The notes: generated by a model from the letters alone, not told the origin. Positions 20,108 to 31,426 are shown, counted from the first letter of the stretch. The stretch is DNA of 64,000 nucleotides from an uncultured Verrucomicrobiae bacterium (GCA_963828525.1 CAWHEP010000002.1:288001-352000), one strand, 5' to 3'. Made by a program: numbers and translations.

Positions 20108-20695
20108 ATGAAAAGCATGCCGCGATTCGAACGACTGGCAGGAGCCAACTCCTGGCATGATGTGGACCCTGACGACGGGGGCGGTCTCCCATTCCTGTTC
20201 AGCTCCATCATCGAGATTCCAGTCGGCTCCTCCAACAAGTATGAACTGGATAAGAAAACCGGCCTCCTGAGACTCGACCGCGTTCTCCATTCGGCCGTTT
20301 ACTACCCCGCCAACTACGGCTTCATCCCGCGCACCCTTGCCGATGATGGCGATCCGCTGGACGTGCTCGTCCTGGGCGCTGAACCCGTCGTCCCGCTCAC
20401 CCTCGTCTCAGCGCGCGCCATCGGCCTCATGACCATGAAAGACCAGGACGAGATGGATCATAAGGTCATCGCCGTCCACGTAAACGATCCCGAATACAAC
20501 AGTTATAGGGACGTGCATGAATTTCCCCCGCACAAGCTCGCCGTGCTCAAACGCTTCTTCGAGGATTACAAGTCTCTCGAACACAAGCGCGTCGTGGTCG
20601 ATGATATCATGCCCGTGGACTTCGCGGGTCCGGTCATCGAGCAGGCTCTCGCCTCTTACAAAAACTGGGTTCGCGGCGACATGCCCGCTTCCTGA
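20108..20695 (+). CDS. ppa: Inorganic pyrophosphatase (family I)
   Basis: IEIP.GS.NKYE.DK, YPANYGFIPRTL.DDGDPLDVLV. Confidence 0.95.
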   Translation: MKSMPRFERLAGANSWHDVDPDDGGGLPFLFSSIIEIPVGSSNKYELDKKTGLLRLDRVLHSAVYYPANYGFIPRTLADDGDPLDVLVLGAEPVVPLTLVSARAIGLMTMKDQDEMDHKVIAVHVNDPEYNSYRDVHEFPPHKLAVLKRFFEDYKSLEHKRVVVDDIMPVDFAGPVIEQALASYKNWVRGDMPAS

Positions 20696-20724
20696 GTGGA
20701 TTCCGCGCCTTCCTGAAGCTCTCC

Positions 20725-21297
20725 ATGGCTCTCTCCGATTCCATCGCGGAAGGTGTCGCGACCCTGCAATCCCTCGCCTCCCTCCAGGCCGAGGTTATCC
20801 GCGCCGCTGAATTGATAACCGCTGCCATGCTTGCGGGAAACAAGCTCCTTATCTGTGGGAACGGGGGCAGCGCCTCCGACGCCGCCGATTTCGCTACGGA
20901 GTTCACATGCCGTTTTAGCCAGCACAGGGCGCCGTTCCCCGCGATCAATCTCGCCAGCGATGGCAGCTTGCTGACCGCGATCGGGAATGATTACGAGTTC
21001 TCTGCCGTTTTCGCGCGCCAGGTCACCGCTTATGGAAGGCCGGGCGACATAGTCGTCGTTTTCACAACCAGCGGGCGCTCCGAAAATATCGTCAAAGCTC
21101 TCGAAGAAGCGAAACAGCGGGGCCTCCAAAGCATCGCCTTTCTCGGCAACGATGGCGGCCGCGCCGCTGGTCTCGCAACCGTTGATTTACTGGTTGGCTC
21201 TTCCACCACCGCCCGCGTGCAGGAAGCCCATAAATTCCTGCTCCACGTCCTCTGCGAAATGGTGGATCCGGCGCTCGTCGCGCGAGCCATTACTTAG
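20725..21297 (+). CDS. gmhA: Sedoheptulose-7-phosphate isomerase (SIS domain)
   Basis: CGNGGSA.DA, LTAIGNDY, TSGRSENI, TARVQEAH. Confidence 0.88.
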   Translation: MALSDSIAEGVATLQSLASLQAEVIRAAELITAAMLAGNKLLICGNGGSASDAADFATEFTCRFSQHRAPFPAINLASDGSLLTAIGNDYEFSAVFARQVTAYGRPGDIVVVFTTSGRSENIVKALEEAKQRGLQSIAFLGNDGGRAAGLATVDLLVGSSTTARVQEAHKFLLHVLCEMVDPALVARAIT

Positions 21298-23556
21298 ATG
21301 AAGCATCTCCGCCTGCCCCTGCTTCTGATCCTGTGCGCTTTTTTCCTCCTGCAGGCCGGTGGCGCGGGCAAGACCGACTTCGGGCCGCTCTGCAGCGACG
21401 TCGGTCGCCTTCTCCGAAGCGCCGAATACACCCATCACAAGCTCGACGCCGAGATGTCCGCCCGCTTCCTCGGTAACCTTCTGGATACTCTGGATTTTGA
21501 TCACTTGTATTTTCTCCAGTCCGACATCGCTGGCTTCCGCGAAAAATACGGAGCCACGCTCGCGAAGGACGTCGCGGTAGGAGACGCGTCTCCCGCCTTT
21601 GTCATCTACGAGCGCTTCAAAAAGCGCGCCGAGGAGCGCGTCGCAAAGATAAAGCTTTTGCTCAAGACGCCCCTCGATTTCACCACGGATCGCTCGGTGG
21701 AGATCAGCCGGAAAAACGCCTCATGGCCCAAAGACCAGGCCGAGGCGGATCAACTCTGGAAAGACCGCGTCACAGGGGAACTCCTCCAGGAGAAACTGAG
21801 CGCGACGACAGCGGCAGCGGTCACCCTCGACGGTACGACAGCCAACGGCGCTGTCGACGTTCTTCCGCTCTCGCGCCCAGGCGCCTCGGTGGAGCATCCC
21901 AGGAAGGAAATCAAGGAAACCGAGCCGCCCGCCACGTTGATCGAACGCCGCTACGACCAGACGCTTCGCAACATCAACCAACAGTCGCGCCGCGACATCA
22001 TCAACACCTATCTCACCACTCTGGCTCAAAGCTACGATCCTCACTCCGACTACCTGAGCAAGGACGAGATGGAGAGCTTCGACATCAGCATGAAACTCTC
22101 GTTGGTAGGGATCGGAGCCGTGCTCAACTCGGAAGACGGTTACGCCAAAATCGTCCAACTCGTTCCCGGCGGCCCAGCCCAGATGGAAGGCCACCTCAAG
22201 GAAGGCGACCGGATCATTTCAGTCGCGCAGGGCTCCGCCCAATTTGTGGACGTCGTCGGCATGAAGCTCGACCAGGTTGTAAACCTCATCCGCGGTGACA
22301 AGGGCACCAAGGTCCGCCTCAAGGTCACCGCCCATCAGGGCACAGAAGCCCCGCACATCATCGAGATCACCCGCAACCAGGTCAAACTGAAGGAGCAGGA
22401 AGCAAAGGCGCAACTCATCGAACGAACCGATGCCAATGGCAAAATACGACGATTGGGCTGGATCGCCCTCCCCGCCTTCTATGCCGATTTCGACCATGAA
22501 GGCTCCTCCTCCGCCGTCAGCGCTACCACTGACGTTCGCCTCCTGTTGGAAAGGCTCAAAAAGGAGAAGATCGAAGGTCTGGTGATCGACCTCCGGCAGG
22601 ATGGCGGTGGCTCGCTCGACGAATCCATAAGCCTGGCCGGGCTGTTCGTCGGCGTGGGCCCTGTCGTTCAAACCAGAGCGGCGAACGGCAAAATCTCTGT
22701 CAATAACAGCAAGGATAAAGCCGCTTATGATGGCCCGCTCATCGTCGTCACCAATCGTCTCAGCGCCTCAGCCAGCGAGATCTTTGCCGCCGCCCTTCAG
22801 GATTATCGACGCGCGGTCATTGTCGGGGATGAAAGCACTTTCGGCAAAGGCACCGTCCAGACCATCTACGATCTCGATCATGGCTTTCTGCCTTCCATCC
22901 CGCGCGACGCCGGAGCCCTCAAGGTGACCATCCAGAAGTTCTACCGTGTCGCGGGCGGCTCCACCCAGCTTCGCGGCGTCACCCCCGACATTGTGCTGCC
23001 CTCGCGCTCAGACCTCGCCGACATTGGCGAGAAAGCTCTCATCAACCCCCTCCCATACGATGAGATTCCCCCCGCCCGTTACAAAAAGGTGGACGCCGCC
23101 TACCCCTCTCTCACCGCCATCAAGGCAAATTCAGAAGCCCGCGTAAAGGCGGACCCCGAGTTCGCCAGCGTCACCGCCGATCTCCAGCGTGACAAAGCAA
23201 AGCTTGCCGGGAACCGGCTCTCTCTCAACGAAGCCAAACGCCAGGCCGAAGCCGCGGATGCGAAAAAACGTCTTAAGCAGCGGGCCGACGAACGCGCCGC
23301 CAGAGTGCGACCCACTACAGAGCGAGCTTTCGAGATTACCCTCGATAACGTTGCAAACCCCGCTCTCACCCCGGCCGATGAAAAAACCCTGCGGGCAATG
23401 GCAAACAACGGGGACATCGACGATCCGCCCGACACTGACCCCAGCGACCCCAAGCCAGTCGATGAGATCAGAGCCGAGACCCTGAGCATTCTACAGGATA
23501 TGACCACCAAGACCATCCAGCCCGCCACAGCACAGGCGGCGCCTGGTCACCTGTAA
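21298..23556 (+). CDS. prc: Tail-specific (carboxy-terminal processing) protease, Prc/Tsp type with PDZ
   Basis: YDPHSDY, GIGAVL, IDLRQDGGGSL, SASASEIFAAALQDY, TFGKGTVQ, KFYRVAGGSTQLRGV. Confidence 0.92.
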   Translation: MKHLRLPLLLILCAFFLLQAGGAGKTDFGPLCSDVGRLLRSAEYTHHKLDAEMSARFLGNLLDTLDFDHLYFLQSDIAGFREKYGATLAKDVAVGDASPAFVIYERFKKRAEERVAKIKLLLKTPLDFTTDRSVEISRKNASWPKDQAEADQLWKDRVTGELLQEKLSATTAAAVTLDGTTANGAVDVLPLSRPGASVEHPRKEIKETEPPATLIERRYDQTLRNINQQSRRDIINTYLTTLAQSYDPHSDYLSKDEMESFDISMKLSLVGIGAVLNSEDGYAKIVQLVPGGPAQMEGHLKEGDRIISVAQGSAQFVDVVGMKLDQVVNLIRGDKGTKVRLKVTAHQGTEAPHIIEITRNQVKLKEQEAKAQLIERTDANGKIRRLGWIALPAFYADFDHEGSSSAVSATTDVRLLLERLKKEKIEGLVIDLRQDGGGSLDESISLAGLFVGVGPVVQTRAANGKISVNNSKDKAAYDGPLIVVTNRLSASASEIFAAALQDYRRAVIVGDESTFGKGTVQTIYDLDHGFLPSIPRDAGALKVTIQKFYRVAGGSTQLRGVTPDIVLPSRSDLADIGEKALINPLPYDEIPPARYKKVDAAYPSLTAIKANSEARVKADPEFASVTADLQRDKAKLAGNRLSLNEAKRQAEAADAKKRLKQRADERAARVRPTTERAFEITLDNVANPALTPADEKTLRAMANNGDIDDPPDTDPSDPKPVDEIRAETLSILQDMTTKTIQPATAQAAPGHL

Positions 23557-23575
23557 ACGGGGCGTCTCTCGCCTC

Positions 23576-25462
23576 TCAGTAAGCCGTGCTCCGAACCGTC
23601 GGTAAAACCGGGCGCTCCGCGGGGCGCAGGAACAAGCACACAAGATCCCCCATCGAGTTCTCGATGGTATCGCTGTATCCAGCCGCCTTGAATTGCTGCA
23701 GGAGAGCCGCCCCCCGATCCGGGAATCCGCTCCGGTTGATATACATCGCCCCGAAGCCGTAGCGTTCGAGCGTCTTTATGGCATTCTCCGGCCCTCCAAC
23801 GGCCAACTGCTGTTGCCACGAGTCTTGAGGACGTCCTTTTATGCTTCCAAACGAATAGCGCAGCCTTTTCGAAAACAGGTACGGGCGAAAATGATCGTAG
23901 GCCGATACACCGCGCCCCGGCGACTCCGGGTATTCCATGATCGGCAGTTGGAACACCATGGAGCCGGGACGCAATCGAGCCTCCATGCTTTCCGTGAACT
24001 TCCTGTCGGATTCTACGACTCCCGCTGTGCTGGCAGTCTCGGCGGCGGACACTTGTGGCGGCGTTTGATCCCATATCCCGATCATCGCGATCACCGCTGC
24101 TCCAATCCCGCTTAACACCATGCCGTTTGCGCGATCCCCCTTGCACCGCGCTCGCCGCTGCGCGCGGGCCAGCGCGGATAGACGGCCAACGGCAAACATC
24201 AGCAGGATGGGCACGATGAAGATGCTGTATCGCGTGGTGGAGCGGAACAGTTGAAACCCAAGACTCCCGATCCATCCATTGAATCCGCCCACCGTGGAGT
24301 AAAAAACGATCCACAGAATCTGCCAGGCGGCCAGCGGCAATCCCCGCGCTGGGAGGCGCAGCATGCGTTGCCCGCAGACGCGCGCAAGCAATGCCAATGC
24401 TCCAATCCCGCAAATCCCGATATAGCACGGCGGGGGCGTCTCGCCAGGCACGAGCACTCCTGAAAAGTAACTCTTGCCCCAATCTCCAAACAGCGCGAAC
24501 GCGTGATCCGGGGGCGGCATCACAAGATCGACAACCTTGAGCGCGTAGAACTCCAGCCATTGATAATTCCGCGCCACCGCGCCGGGGTTGGCCCCATTCA
24601 CCAGGTGGTAGTAAAAGGTATCCGAGCAAGTCAGCAGAAACGTCGCTAGGGCCACGGCTGTGACGCTCAACGCGGGCAGGGCTGCTCGTCCATCTCGCCT
24701 GATAAATTGAAAAAATCCCGCCAGCAACACGAGTTGCAGGAACATGTTTGTATAGTAAACATTCTGCGCTCCCGCCACAGCGGCCACGCCCAAAGCGAAG
24801 AGATGCTTGCGCCCCCAAAGCGCAACCCCTTGCCGCGCCGAGAGCCAGTGGCACACCAGCAGGCAAAGCGGGATATGCCAGTAATACACGAGCGCGATAT
24901 GGTGTTCGCCATGCGCGAACGCGTACCTCGAAAATGCGAAAAGCAGCGCCCCGCAACAACTCCAGATCCAGTCATACCTCAGCAGCCGGCAAGCCACGTA
25001 AAAACCGGCTGCCGCCAGGACGAACGCCATGAGAAGCCCGAAGTTGAATGCCGGAAACAGCCCCATCACCCGCGCGGCGATTCCCAATCCGCATACCAGA
25101 AACTCTTCTCCCGAGGGGAAGTCCGACCAGTGCGCCCCAAAAGGAGCCCCCAATTCGGGTACCGTCCGCTGCAGCATCGGCCAGATGTGACCGTCCGAGG
25201 CCGCCTTGATCGAAGCGAGCGCGTTCTTGGCATCCGACGCGTCCGGGTTCGTTCCATATTCGATCGGCGCCTTCCACGCCCATCCCTCGAAACGATTGTA
25301 GAGGTAGCACCAGACAAGGACTGTGACCAATGCAAGCCCGGCAAGGCGGGCGGCATCCCCCCTCGTCAACCCATGCCACGCGATAGGCTTCCCGCGCGCG
25401 ACGGTTGCTGCTCCGCCAGCAGCGCCAGAGCGCTGCTTTCCCGATCTCGCTGCTTTGCCCAT
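23576..25462 (-). CDS. Multi-pass membrane protein, putative GT-C-type (polyprenyl-sugar-dependent) transferase
   Basis: About 11 TM helices, LGAPFGA.WSDFP loop, C-terminal VFQLP...YPE/YDHFRPYL domain; follows a GtrB-like GT2. Confidence 0.6.
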   Translation of the reverse strand: MGKAARSGKQRSGAAGGAATVARGKPIAWHGLTRGDAARLAGLALVTVLVWCYLYNRFEGWAWKAPIEYGTNPDASDAKNALASIKAASDGHIWPMLQRTVPELGAPFGAHWSDFPSGEEFLVCGLGIAARVMGLFPAFNFGLLMAFVLAAAGFYVACRLLRYDWIWSCCGALLFAFSRYAFAHGEHHIALVYYWHIPLCLLVCHWLSARQGVALWGRKHLFALGVAAVAGAQNVYYTNMFLQLVLLAGFFQFIRRDGRAALPALSVTAVALATFLLTCSDTFYYHLVNGANPGAVARNYQWLEFYALKVVDLVMPPPDHAFALFGDWGKSYFSGVLVPGETPPPCYIGICGIGALALLARVCGQRMLRLPARGLPLAAWQILWIVFYSTVGGFNGWIGSLGFQLFRSTTRYSIFIVPILLMFAVGRLSALARAQRRARCKGDRANGMVLSGIGAAVIAMIGIWDQTPPQVSAAETASTAGVVESDRKFTESMEARLRPGSMVFQLPIMEYPESPGRGVSAYDHFRPYLFSKRLRYSFGSIKGRPQDSWQQQLAVGGPENAIKTLERYGFGAMYINRSGFPDRGAALLQQFKAAGYSDTIENSMGDLVCLFLRPAERPVLPTVRSTAY

Positions 25463-25467
25463 ACCGC

Positions 25468-26445
25468 TCAGATGATCTTCAAACCACCCGAAGCAGCCGG
25501 TGTTGCCGATCCCTCCGCGAAGTTGATCCGCTCCCGCTCGATCACATGCGGCCTGTTCTGCAGCCGCGTGTGAATCCAGCCTATATACTCACCAAGTATT
25601 CCGATGAAAAATAGCTGCACCGAGCCAAGAAAAAAGATGCCTATGATCAGTGGCGCAAGCCCGAATTCAAATCGATACCAGAATAGCAGCTTGGCCATCA
25701 GATACCCCAGGGCGATCAAAAAACTGACCACCGACATCGCGAAGCCGCACATGGTCGCGAGACGCAAAGGCACTTTGGAATGCGAGGTGATGCCAAGCAT
25801 GGCCATGTCATACAACGTCAGGAAATTATTCTTCGTGATGCCACGCTTCCTCGTCGGCTGTCGAAACTCCACCAGCCCCACCGGATAGCCCAGTTCCGCC
25901 ACAAGGCCCCGTATGTAGGGATACGCTTCGCCGAGTTTGCGGAATTCTCGGATTACTTCCTGGTCATACAGCCCCGTGCCCGTCACGTTTTGCAGCAATT
26001 CGACATCCGCGAGCCGGGTGGCGAGTTTGTAATAAGCTTTGCGCAGGAAATAGAAGAGGGAAGGCTCATCGCTCGCTGTCTTCTGCGCGAGCACAACCTT
26101 CCAGCCTTCCTCCCACTTTTTCAGATACTCCGGAATCAACGCCGGTGGGTCTTGCAAATCGGAGGCCATCAGGATCACGGCATCTCCGCGCGACTGCAAA
26201 AGGCCGTGATAAGGCGAGCGGATATGCCCGAAGTTCCGGATGTTGACGATGACCTTCACCCGGCGATCCTTCGCGGCAAGCTCCTTCAGGATTTCCAGCG
26301 TCCCATCACTGGACGCGTTGTCTACAAACACATGCTCGTAGTCATACTGCGGGAGCGCCGCCATCACTGCCTTGATCTCTGAGTACAGTTCCCGGACGTT
26401 TTCCTCCTCGTTGTAACACGGGGTCGTGATGGTGATGCTCTTCAT
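25468..26445 (-). CDS. GT2 glycosyltransferase, GtrB/ArnC-like (polyprenyl-phosphate sugar transferase)
   Basis: PCYNEEENV, VDNASSDGT, RNFGH, SDLQDPP, two C-terminal TMs, GILGEYIG. Confidence 0.9.
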   Translation of the reverse strand: MKSITITTPCYNEEENVRELYSEIKAVMAALPQYDYEHVFVDNASSDGTLEILKELAAKDRRVKVIVNIRNFGHIRSPYHGLLQSRGDAVILMASDLQDPPALIPEYLKKWEEGWKVVLAQKTASDEPSLFYFLRKAYYKLATRLADVELLQNVTGTGLYDQEVIREFRKLGEAYPYIRGLVAELGYPVGLVEFRQPTRKRGITKNNFLTLYDMAMLGITSHSKVPLRLATMCGFAMSVVSFLIALGYLMAKLLFWYRFEFGLAPLIIGIFFLGSVQLFFIGILGEYIGWIHTRLQNRPHVIERERINFAEGSATPAASGGLKII

Positions 26446-27509
26446 CACTCCGCTTGGTGGATGAACTCCGCGAGCAGCGGGCGCAACTCCTGTTCGAGAT
26501 CAAGCTGGCGCTTCTCCATTTTCCCGACGCCCCTCGTGAGAATACAGTTCAACGCGCCACGCGTGTTCTTCTTATCCAGTTTTATCGCCGCCAGGATTGA
26601 CTCGAAATCGACCGTGCCAAGTATCCTCTCGTAAGGCATGTAGAAGCGCTTCAGGAAGCCGTCCAGCTCGGCGAACTCACCGCTCGGCAGCAGCCCGAGC
26701 TTCTCGGAGATAAACGTCGCTGTCGCTATTCCCAGCGACACAGCGATCCCGTGCGGTATCTGGTAACGCGTCGCCGATTCGTACGCGTGCCCGAAAGTAT
26801 GTCCATAGTTCAGGATGTTCCGCGGCCCGCGATCAAACTCATCAATTTCTATATAGTGCTTTTTGATCTCCAGGCAGCGCCGGATCAGCGGCGCGAGCCG
26901 CGCCGGATGCGTAAACTCGGAACCATCGAGATGCATCCGCAAGGATGCGTAGTCTGCCTCGCTTGAAAGCAAATGAAGCTTGATGACTTCGCCCAGGCCA
27001 GAGCGAAGTTCATCTATGGGTAGCGTCTCAAGGAGACCGAATACCAAGCCCACGCTATGAGGCGGATAAAACGTCCCAATCTGGTTCTTGAAGCTGGCTA
27101 TGTTGACCGAACTCTTGCTGCCGATACAGCTATCGCACTGGGCAAGCAGCGTCGTCGGTATCAGCCGCCATTTCACCCCGCGGAAGAGGACCGAGGCTAT
27201 AAAGCAGCCAATGTCCTGAACAACCCCGCCCCCGATCACAAGCAATGTGCAATCGCGCCGGAAACCATTCTCCAGGAGCCAGGTAAAGAGCGGGGTCAAT
27301 CTCTCAAACGACTTTTGCTCCTCGGTCGCCGCGATCCTCAGAGTGTTCCGCGCCAGTAACGACTGTAAACCAGCCGCGCTCGGCAGCTGGAACAGCACTT
27401 CGTCAACAAGGGCAAACACCTTGTCCGGTTCGCCCACCGCCTCCACGGCCTCAGCAAGCGTGGCAATCTCCTCTACGGGATACTCATGGCTGCCGCCTTT
27501 GATGACCAT
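26445..27509 (-). CDS. AroB/3-dehydroquinate synthase-related sugar-phosphate cyclase
   Basis: GGGVVQD, PTTLLAQCDSCIGSK, KNQIG.FYPP, LNYGHTFGHA.E, HG.AV, DKKN. Confidence 0.85.
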   Translation of the reverse strand: MVIKGGSHEYPVEEIATLAEAVEAVGEPDKVFALVDEVLFQLPSAAGLQSLLARNTLRIAATEEQKSFERLTPLFTWLLENGFRRDCTLLVIGGGVVQDIGCFIASVLFRGVKWRLIPTTLLAQCDSCIGSKSSVNIASFKNQIGTFYPPHSVGLVFGLLETLPIDELRSGLGEVIKLHLLSSEADYASLRMHLDGSEFTHPARLAPLIRRCLEIKKHYIEIDEFDRGPRNILNYGHTFGHAYESATRYQIPHGIAVSLGIATATFISEKLGLLPSGEFAELDGFLKRFYMPYERILGTVDFESILAAIKLDKKNTRGALNCILTRGVGKMEKRQLDLEQELRPLLAEFIHQAE

Positions 27510-27514
27510 GACTC

Positions 27515-28180
27515 TTATTGGCAGGTAAACCCGCCATCGACAACGATGGTCTGGCCTGTCAGGTAGGTGTTTGACTCCGAACAGAGAAACGCCACCACTG
27601 ACGCGATCTCGGACGGCAAAGCCAGCCGTCCCGCGGGGATGGCAGCGACGATCTTCTCCATCTCCGACGGGGAATTATTCGCGCGAGTCATTTCTGTTTC
27701 CACGTAACCAGGGCACACCGAGTTCACCAGGACGCCATCCCCCGCAAACTCCACCGCGATCGTCCGCGTGATGGCGTTTAGACCTGCTTTTGTCATCGAG
27801 TAAACTGTCCGTCCTTTCCGCGAAACGAGACTGAATACCGAGCTGATATTTACGATCCGCCCCCACCCGGCCTGTCTCATGGAGGGCGCCACCGCCTGGA
27901 TGAGACGCCGCGGAGCGTTGAGATTCACCTGCGCCATCTCCGCCCAGCTTCCATCCTCGATCTCCTCGCATCGCTGCGGAAAATTCACCCCCGCGTTGTT
28001 GACCAGGATGTCAACATGGTCTCGCAACAGGTCCTTTATCGACGCCGCCAGGCTCGCGTCATCCGAGAGATCCAATTCCTCGCGAGTAGGCGCGATCACA
28101 CGCGCGCCCGCCTTGCGGAACTCGTCCGCGACCGCCCGCCCGATTCCCCGCGACCCGCCAGTGATGAGCGCCGTGCGCAT
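27515..28180 (-). CDS. SDR family NAD(P)-dependent oxidoreductase
   Basis: [22 protein letters not shown]. Confidence 0.9.
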   Translation of the reverse strand: MRTALITGGSRGIGRAVADEFRKAGARVIAPTREELDLSDDASLAASIKDLLRDHVDILVNNAGVNFPQRCEEIEDGSWAEMAQVNLNAPRRLIQAVAPSMRQAGWGRIVNISSVFSLVSRKGRTVYSMTKAGLNAITRTIAVEFAGDGVLVNSVCPGYVETEMTRANNSPSEMEKIVAAIPAGRLALPSEIASVVAFLCSESNTYLTGQTIVVDGGFTCQ

Positions 28181-28986
28181 CAACCCACAGGCACTTGGGC
28201 AATCGACTTGCTGTACCTCTCCTCCATCATCCGCAGCCGCGCCTCATCCTCCCGGCTTATCAACCCGTAATATTCGCGCTTGTTTTTAAGCCACATCATC
28301 TCGAATTGCACCGCCTTCAGGAATGCGGCCTCTGTGTTCCCCAGCGCCCCAGGACAGGAGAAAACCACCTTGCGCGTCTCGAATCGATCCAGGTGCCCCG
28401 CCGGAAAAGAACGGAAAAACGGAATGGAATGCACCGAGACTCCTCCACCTACCACGACTGTCTTCCCATGCGCCTTCGCCTTCGCCGCCATCTCAAGGCA
28501 GATTTTCAGCACTTCATCGCTATTGATCGCTTCACGGCTCAGATCCATTGATCCCGTCAGGTCAACCCGGCCCAGCACGATCCCGTTCAGCTTCCCCGCC
28601 TCAGGCAGCGCCAGCATCGCCTCGAAGTTGTTGCACGCCGTCCGCGTCTCGAGGTTTATGAGATACTGCATGTCGGACCGCTGCTCGGCGGAAAAACCAA
28701 TCTCCAGAGCCTTCAGATACTTCTTCAACGCGTACGCGGTCTCCACCATCGGAGCCACCAGGAAACGCGTCCCGAGATTCGACGCCTCGAACATGTCGCG
28801 GATCGCCTCGCATCCGCCGATCTTCAACGTGAGGCTCAGCCCGGCGGACATGCTCACCTCCTTCAATCTCATCGCTTCCTCCAGCCGCGTGCCCTCCGCT
28901 TCAAACTCGGCTTTTACGCCGATGACGTTGTGCTGCTCTTTTAGCTCAACGAGGAGCTGAACCATCTGCTTTTCGGTCGCGTTCAT
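28180..28986 (-). CDS. HpcH/HpaI aldolase / citrate lyase family protein
   Basis: [35 protein letters not shown]; own ATG at 28986. Confidence 0.75.
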   Translation of the reverse strand: MNATEKQMVQLLVELKEQHNVIGVKAEFEAEGTRLEEAMRLKEVSMSAGLSLTLKIGGCEAIRDMFEASNLGTRFLVAPMVETAYALKKYLKALEIGFSAEQRSDMQYLINLETRTACNNFEAMLALPEAGKLNGIVLGRVDLTGSMDLSREAINSDEVLKICLEMAAKAKAHGKTVVVGGGVSVHSIPFFRSFPAGHLDRFETRKVVFSCPGALGNTEAAFLKAVQFEMMWLKNKREYYGLISREDEARLRMMEERYSKSIAQVPVG

Positions 28987-28988
28987 AT

Positions 28989-30807
28989 TTAGGGTGCCGC
29001 CTCGGGAATCAGCAGATTGGCCCGCAATTCGTCGCGGTCCAAAAAAGGGAGCCATGTCCTCGAGGGAGGGCGAGACAATAACACCGTCCGGACGTCTTTG
29101 GGAAGCAAGTTTCGGCGCGAACTGCTGGCTTAAATCCAGGAAAATCTCGCACATCGCGGCAGACTCGGAAGCAAGTGTCGCCGAGATCGCGTCCGGCAGC
29201 GCGGCGTGATCCCGGCAGGCCGTGTACGGCAGGTCATACACCGCCGCCAGTTTCTCAAAACTCGGAAACCCGAGACCGCTTTCCTCTCCGCATCCCACAA
29301 CGTTGTCCGGAAAAAAGTTCTGCTGCGTCTGACGGATCGAGTGGTATCCCCGATTGTTCAGCACAAAGATTTTGATCGGCAATTTGTGGGTGCGAATGGT
29401 TTGCAGCTCCTGCAGGTTCATCTGGATGCTCCCGTCCCCCGCAAGGCAGATGACGCGTTTCCTCCCGTTCCCAAAGCACGCGCCGATCGCCCCCGGCAGA
29501 TCATAACCCATCGAAGCGCTTCCCGAGTTGGTGAAAAGCCGCTGTTCACGTTGTAGGTGCGCAGCCTGGAAGCTCGTCACGCAAGCAGTCCCATCGCCGC
29601 ACACCACCACATCGTCTTCCTTCAGCCGGGCGAAGAGACTCTCGACAAAGCAATACGGGTTCACCGCTCCCACTCCATTCCAATATTCCGGCAGCACCAC
29701 AGGATAGCGATTCTTCCTCTCCACGCACCACGCCAGCCATTCCACCCGGGACGCGGAAGCGGCAAGTGGCGGCAGCCGCAACAGCTCTTCCAGCACCAGC
29801 CGCAAATCGGCGCATACCGGTAGATCCGCCTTCACTGTCGGCTTGTTCAACTCGGCCGGGTCGATATCCACCACCACCTTGAACGCCGCCCGCGCGAAAG
29901 ACTTCCAGTTATAGCTTACCTGCCGGACGTTCAACCGGCTCCCGAGCACCAGGAGGAAGTCCGAGTTTTGCACCGTGAAATTCCCGCTCCGGTTCCCTAT
30001 GCTTCCGGGACGCCCTGTGAACATCGGGTGATCATCCCAGATCGCGTCATGGGCATTCCATCCCGTTGTAATGGGGATGCGCCAATGCTCAAGCAGCTGT
30101 AGCAGAAGGTCGCGAGCCCCGGCAAGACGTATGCCCGCTCCCACAAGCAACGCGGGACGAGCCGCCGCGCCGCACATCTCATGAATGATCGCGCACTGCG
30201 CTCGCAATGCTTCCCCCCGCGTCGTTCCGTCGTCCAGCGGAGGAGTAAACCCTTCCAGCTCATCCGGCTCGATCTGCGAGCCCTGCACATCGATGGGAAT
30301 ATCGATCCAGCACGGCCCCGGCCTGCCGGCCTTCGCCAGATACAACGCCTTCTCAAGATGAAACCGGATCGATTTTGGATCGTCGATTGTCACCGCGTAT
30401 TTCGTGATCCCCCCGACCATGCCCACCATGTCCGCCTCTTGGTCACCCAACTGCCGCAGCGTCCCGATAAGCCCGTGTTTATAAAGACACGTCTCCCTCT
30501 TCACCTGCCCAGACACGATCAACATCGGGATCGAATCCGTGAACGCTCCGAACACTCCATTCAGCGCGTTGATTCCCCCCGGCCCTGTCGTGACATTTAC
30601 CGCCGCGATCCTGTTGGTCAGCCGCGCGTAAGCCTCCGCCGCCATCGCGCAAGCCTGCTCATGATGACAGCACACATACGAAAGTTGCGAGCACCTCCCG
30701 ATCGCGTCATTCAGATGCATCGCCCCCCCGCCCGTCACAAGAAACACATGGCGGATCCCGTGCGCCGCCAGCATCCCCGCCACATAATCCGCAACCCTTA
30801 TTCCCAT
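28989..30807 (-). CDS. Thiamine diphosphate-dependent enzyme (AHAS-like, YerE-type carboligase); one extra base in the A run at 29041-29046
   Basis: VF.VTGGG.MHL.D, HHEQA.AMAAE, TTGPGG.NA, GDGS.QMNLQEL...NN; corrected end MAPFLDRDELRANLLIPEAAP*. Confidence 0.9.
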
Positions 30808-30829
30808 GCGGTAAGTCCTGCCTTTCTCC

Positions 30830-30938
30830 CCAGTTTGCGCGAGGCGCGCTCCTCCGCTTCCTCAAAAATCGTTTCGCAACGATCCTCTCGGCTCAAAGGG
30901 TCTGCCACCTCGTATTCCAGCCGAAACGGTCGTGCCAT
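30830..30938 (-). pseudogene. N-terminal remnant of a RAYT/IS200-like HUH transposase
   Basis: Hand translation MARPFRLEYEVADPLSREDRCETIFEEAEER resembles MARPLRIEY.GA.YHV.SRG..R..IF....DR. Confidence 0.5.
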
Positions 30939-31426
30939 GATTAAGCCAACTCTTTACAACCGTCCACGAACGTCAAGTCCATCTCGCTATTTTTCTGGCC
31001 GTGAACCATGAACCGGCCCCTTGAACACAGACAGCATCGAGCCAAGACTACGCTGGCGTCTCGGACCCTATCTGCAAGACGTCCACGCCGCAATGCGGAC
31101 AATCCGTCTCCGCTTCTCCGCTTCATCGACATGCGGCAACCGATTCCTGTTTAGAGAGACAGCCAGACCATTCATCCAGGATCCACTGGCATTCTTACAC
31201 GGCCAAGGCCGCCGCATTTTAAAATCGTTGGCTCTTCTGTTGTAAACCACCCGTATCTCTTCCCCTCTAATGATCCCCCTAGAGGAGGGGTTCGGGGAAC
31301 CGTGGTTCCCTGATCTAAATATCCAATCCGCGAAGCGGTTCTTACTGCCCCTAGCCACTCAAAACAGCGAGGAGCCATTGTCCGAGACTCCTTTTAATGT
31401 GTTACCGACTTTGCCCGGTCAGAATG

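Noticed and set aside
28180..30807. 875-aa TPP enzyme-aldolase fusion protein in the ORF track
   Set aside because: Removing one base from the A6 run at 29041-29046 gives a normal C-terminus and a stop 2 nt before the aldolase ATG, so the fusion is probably an artefact.
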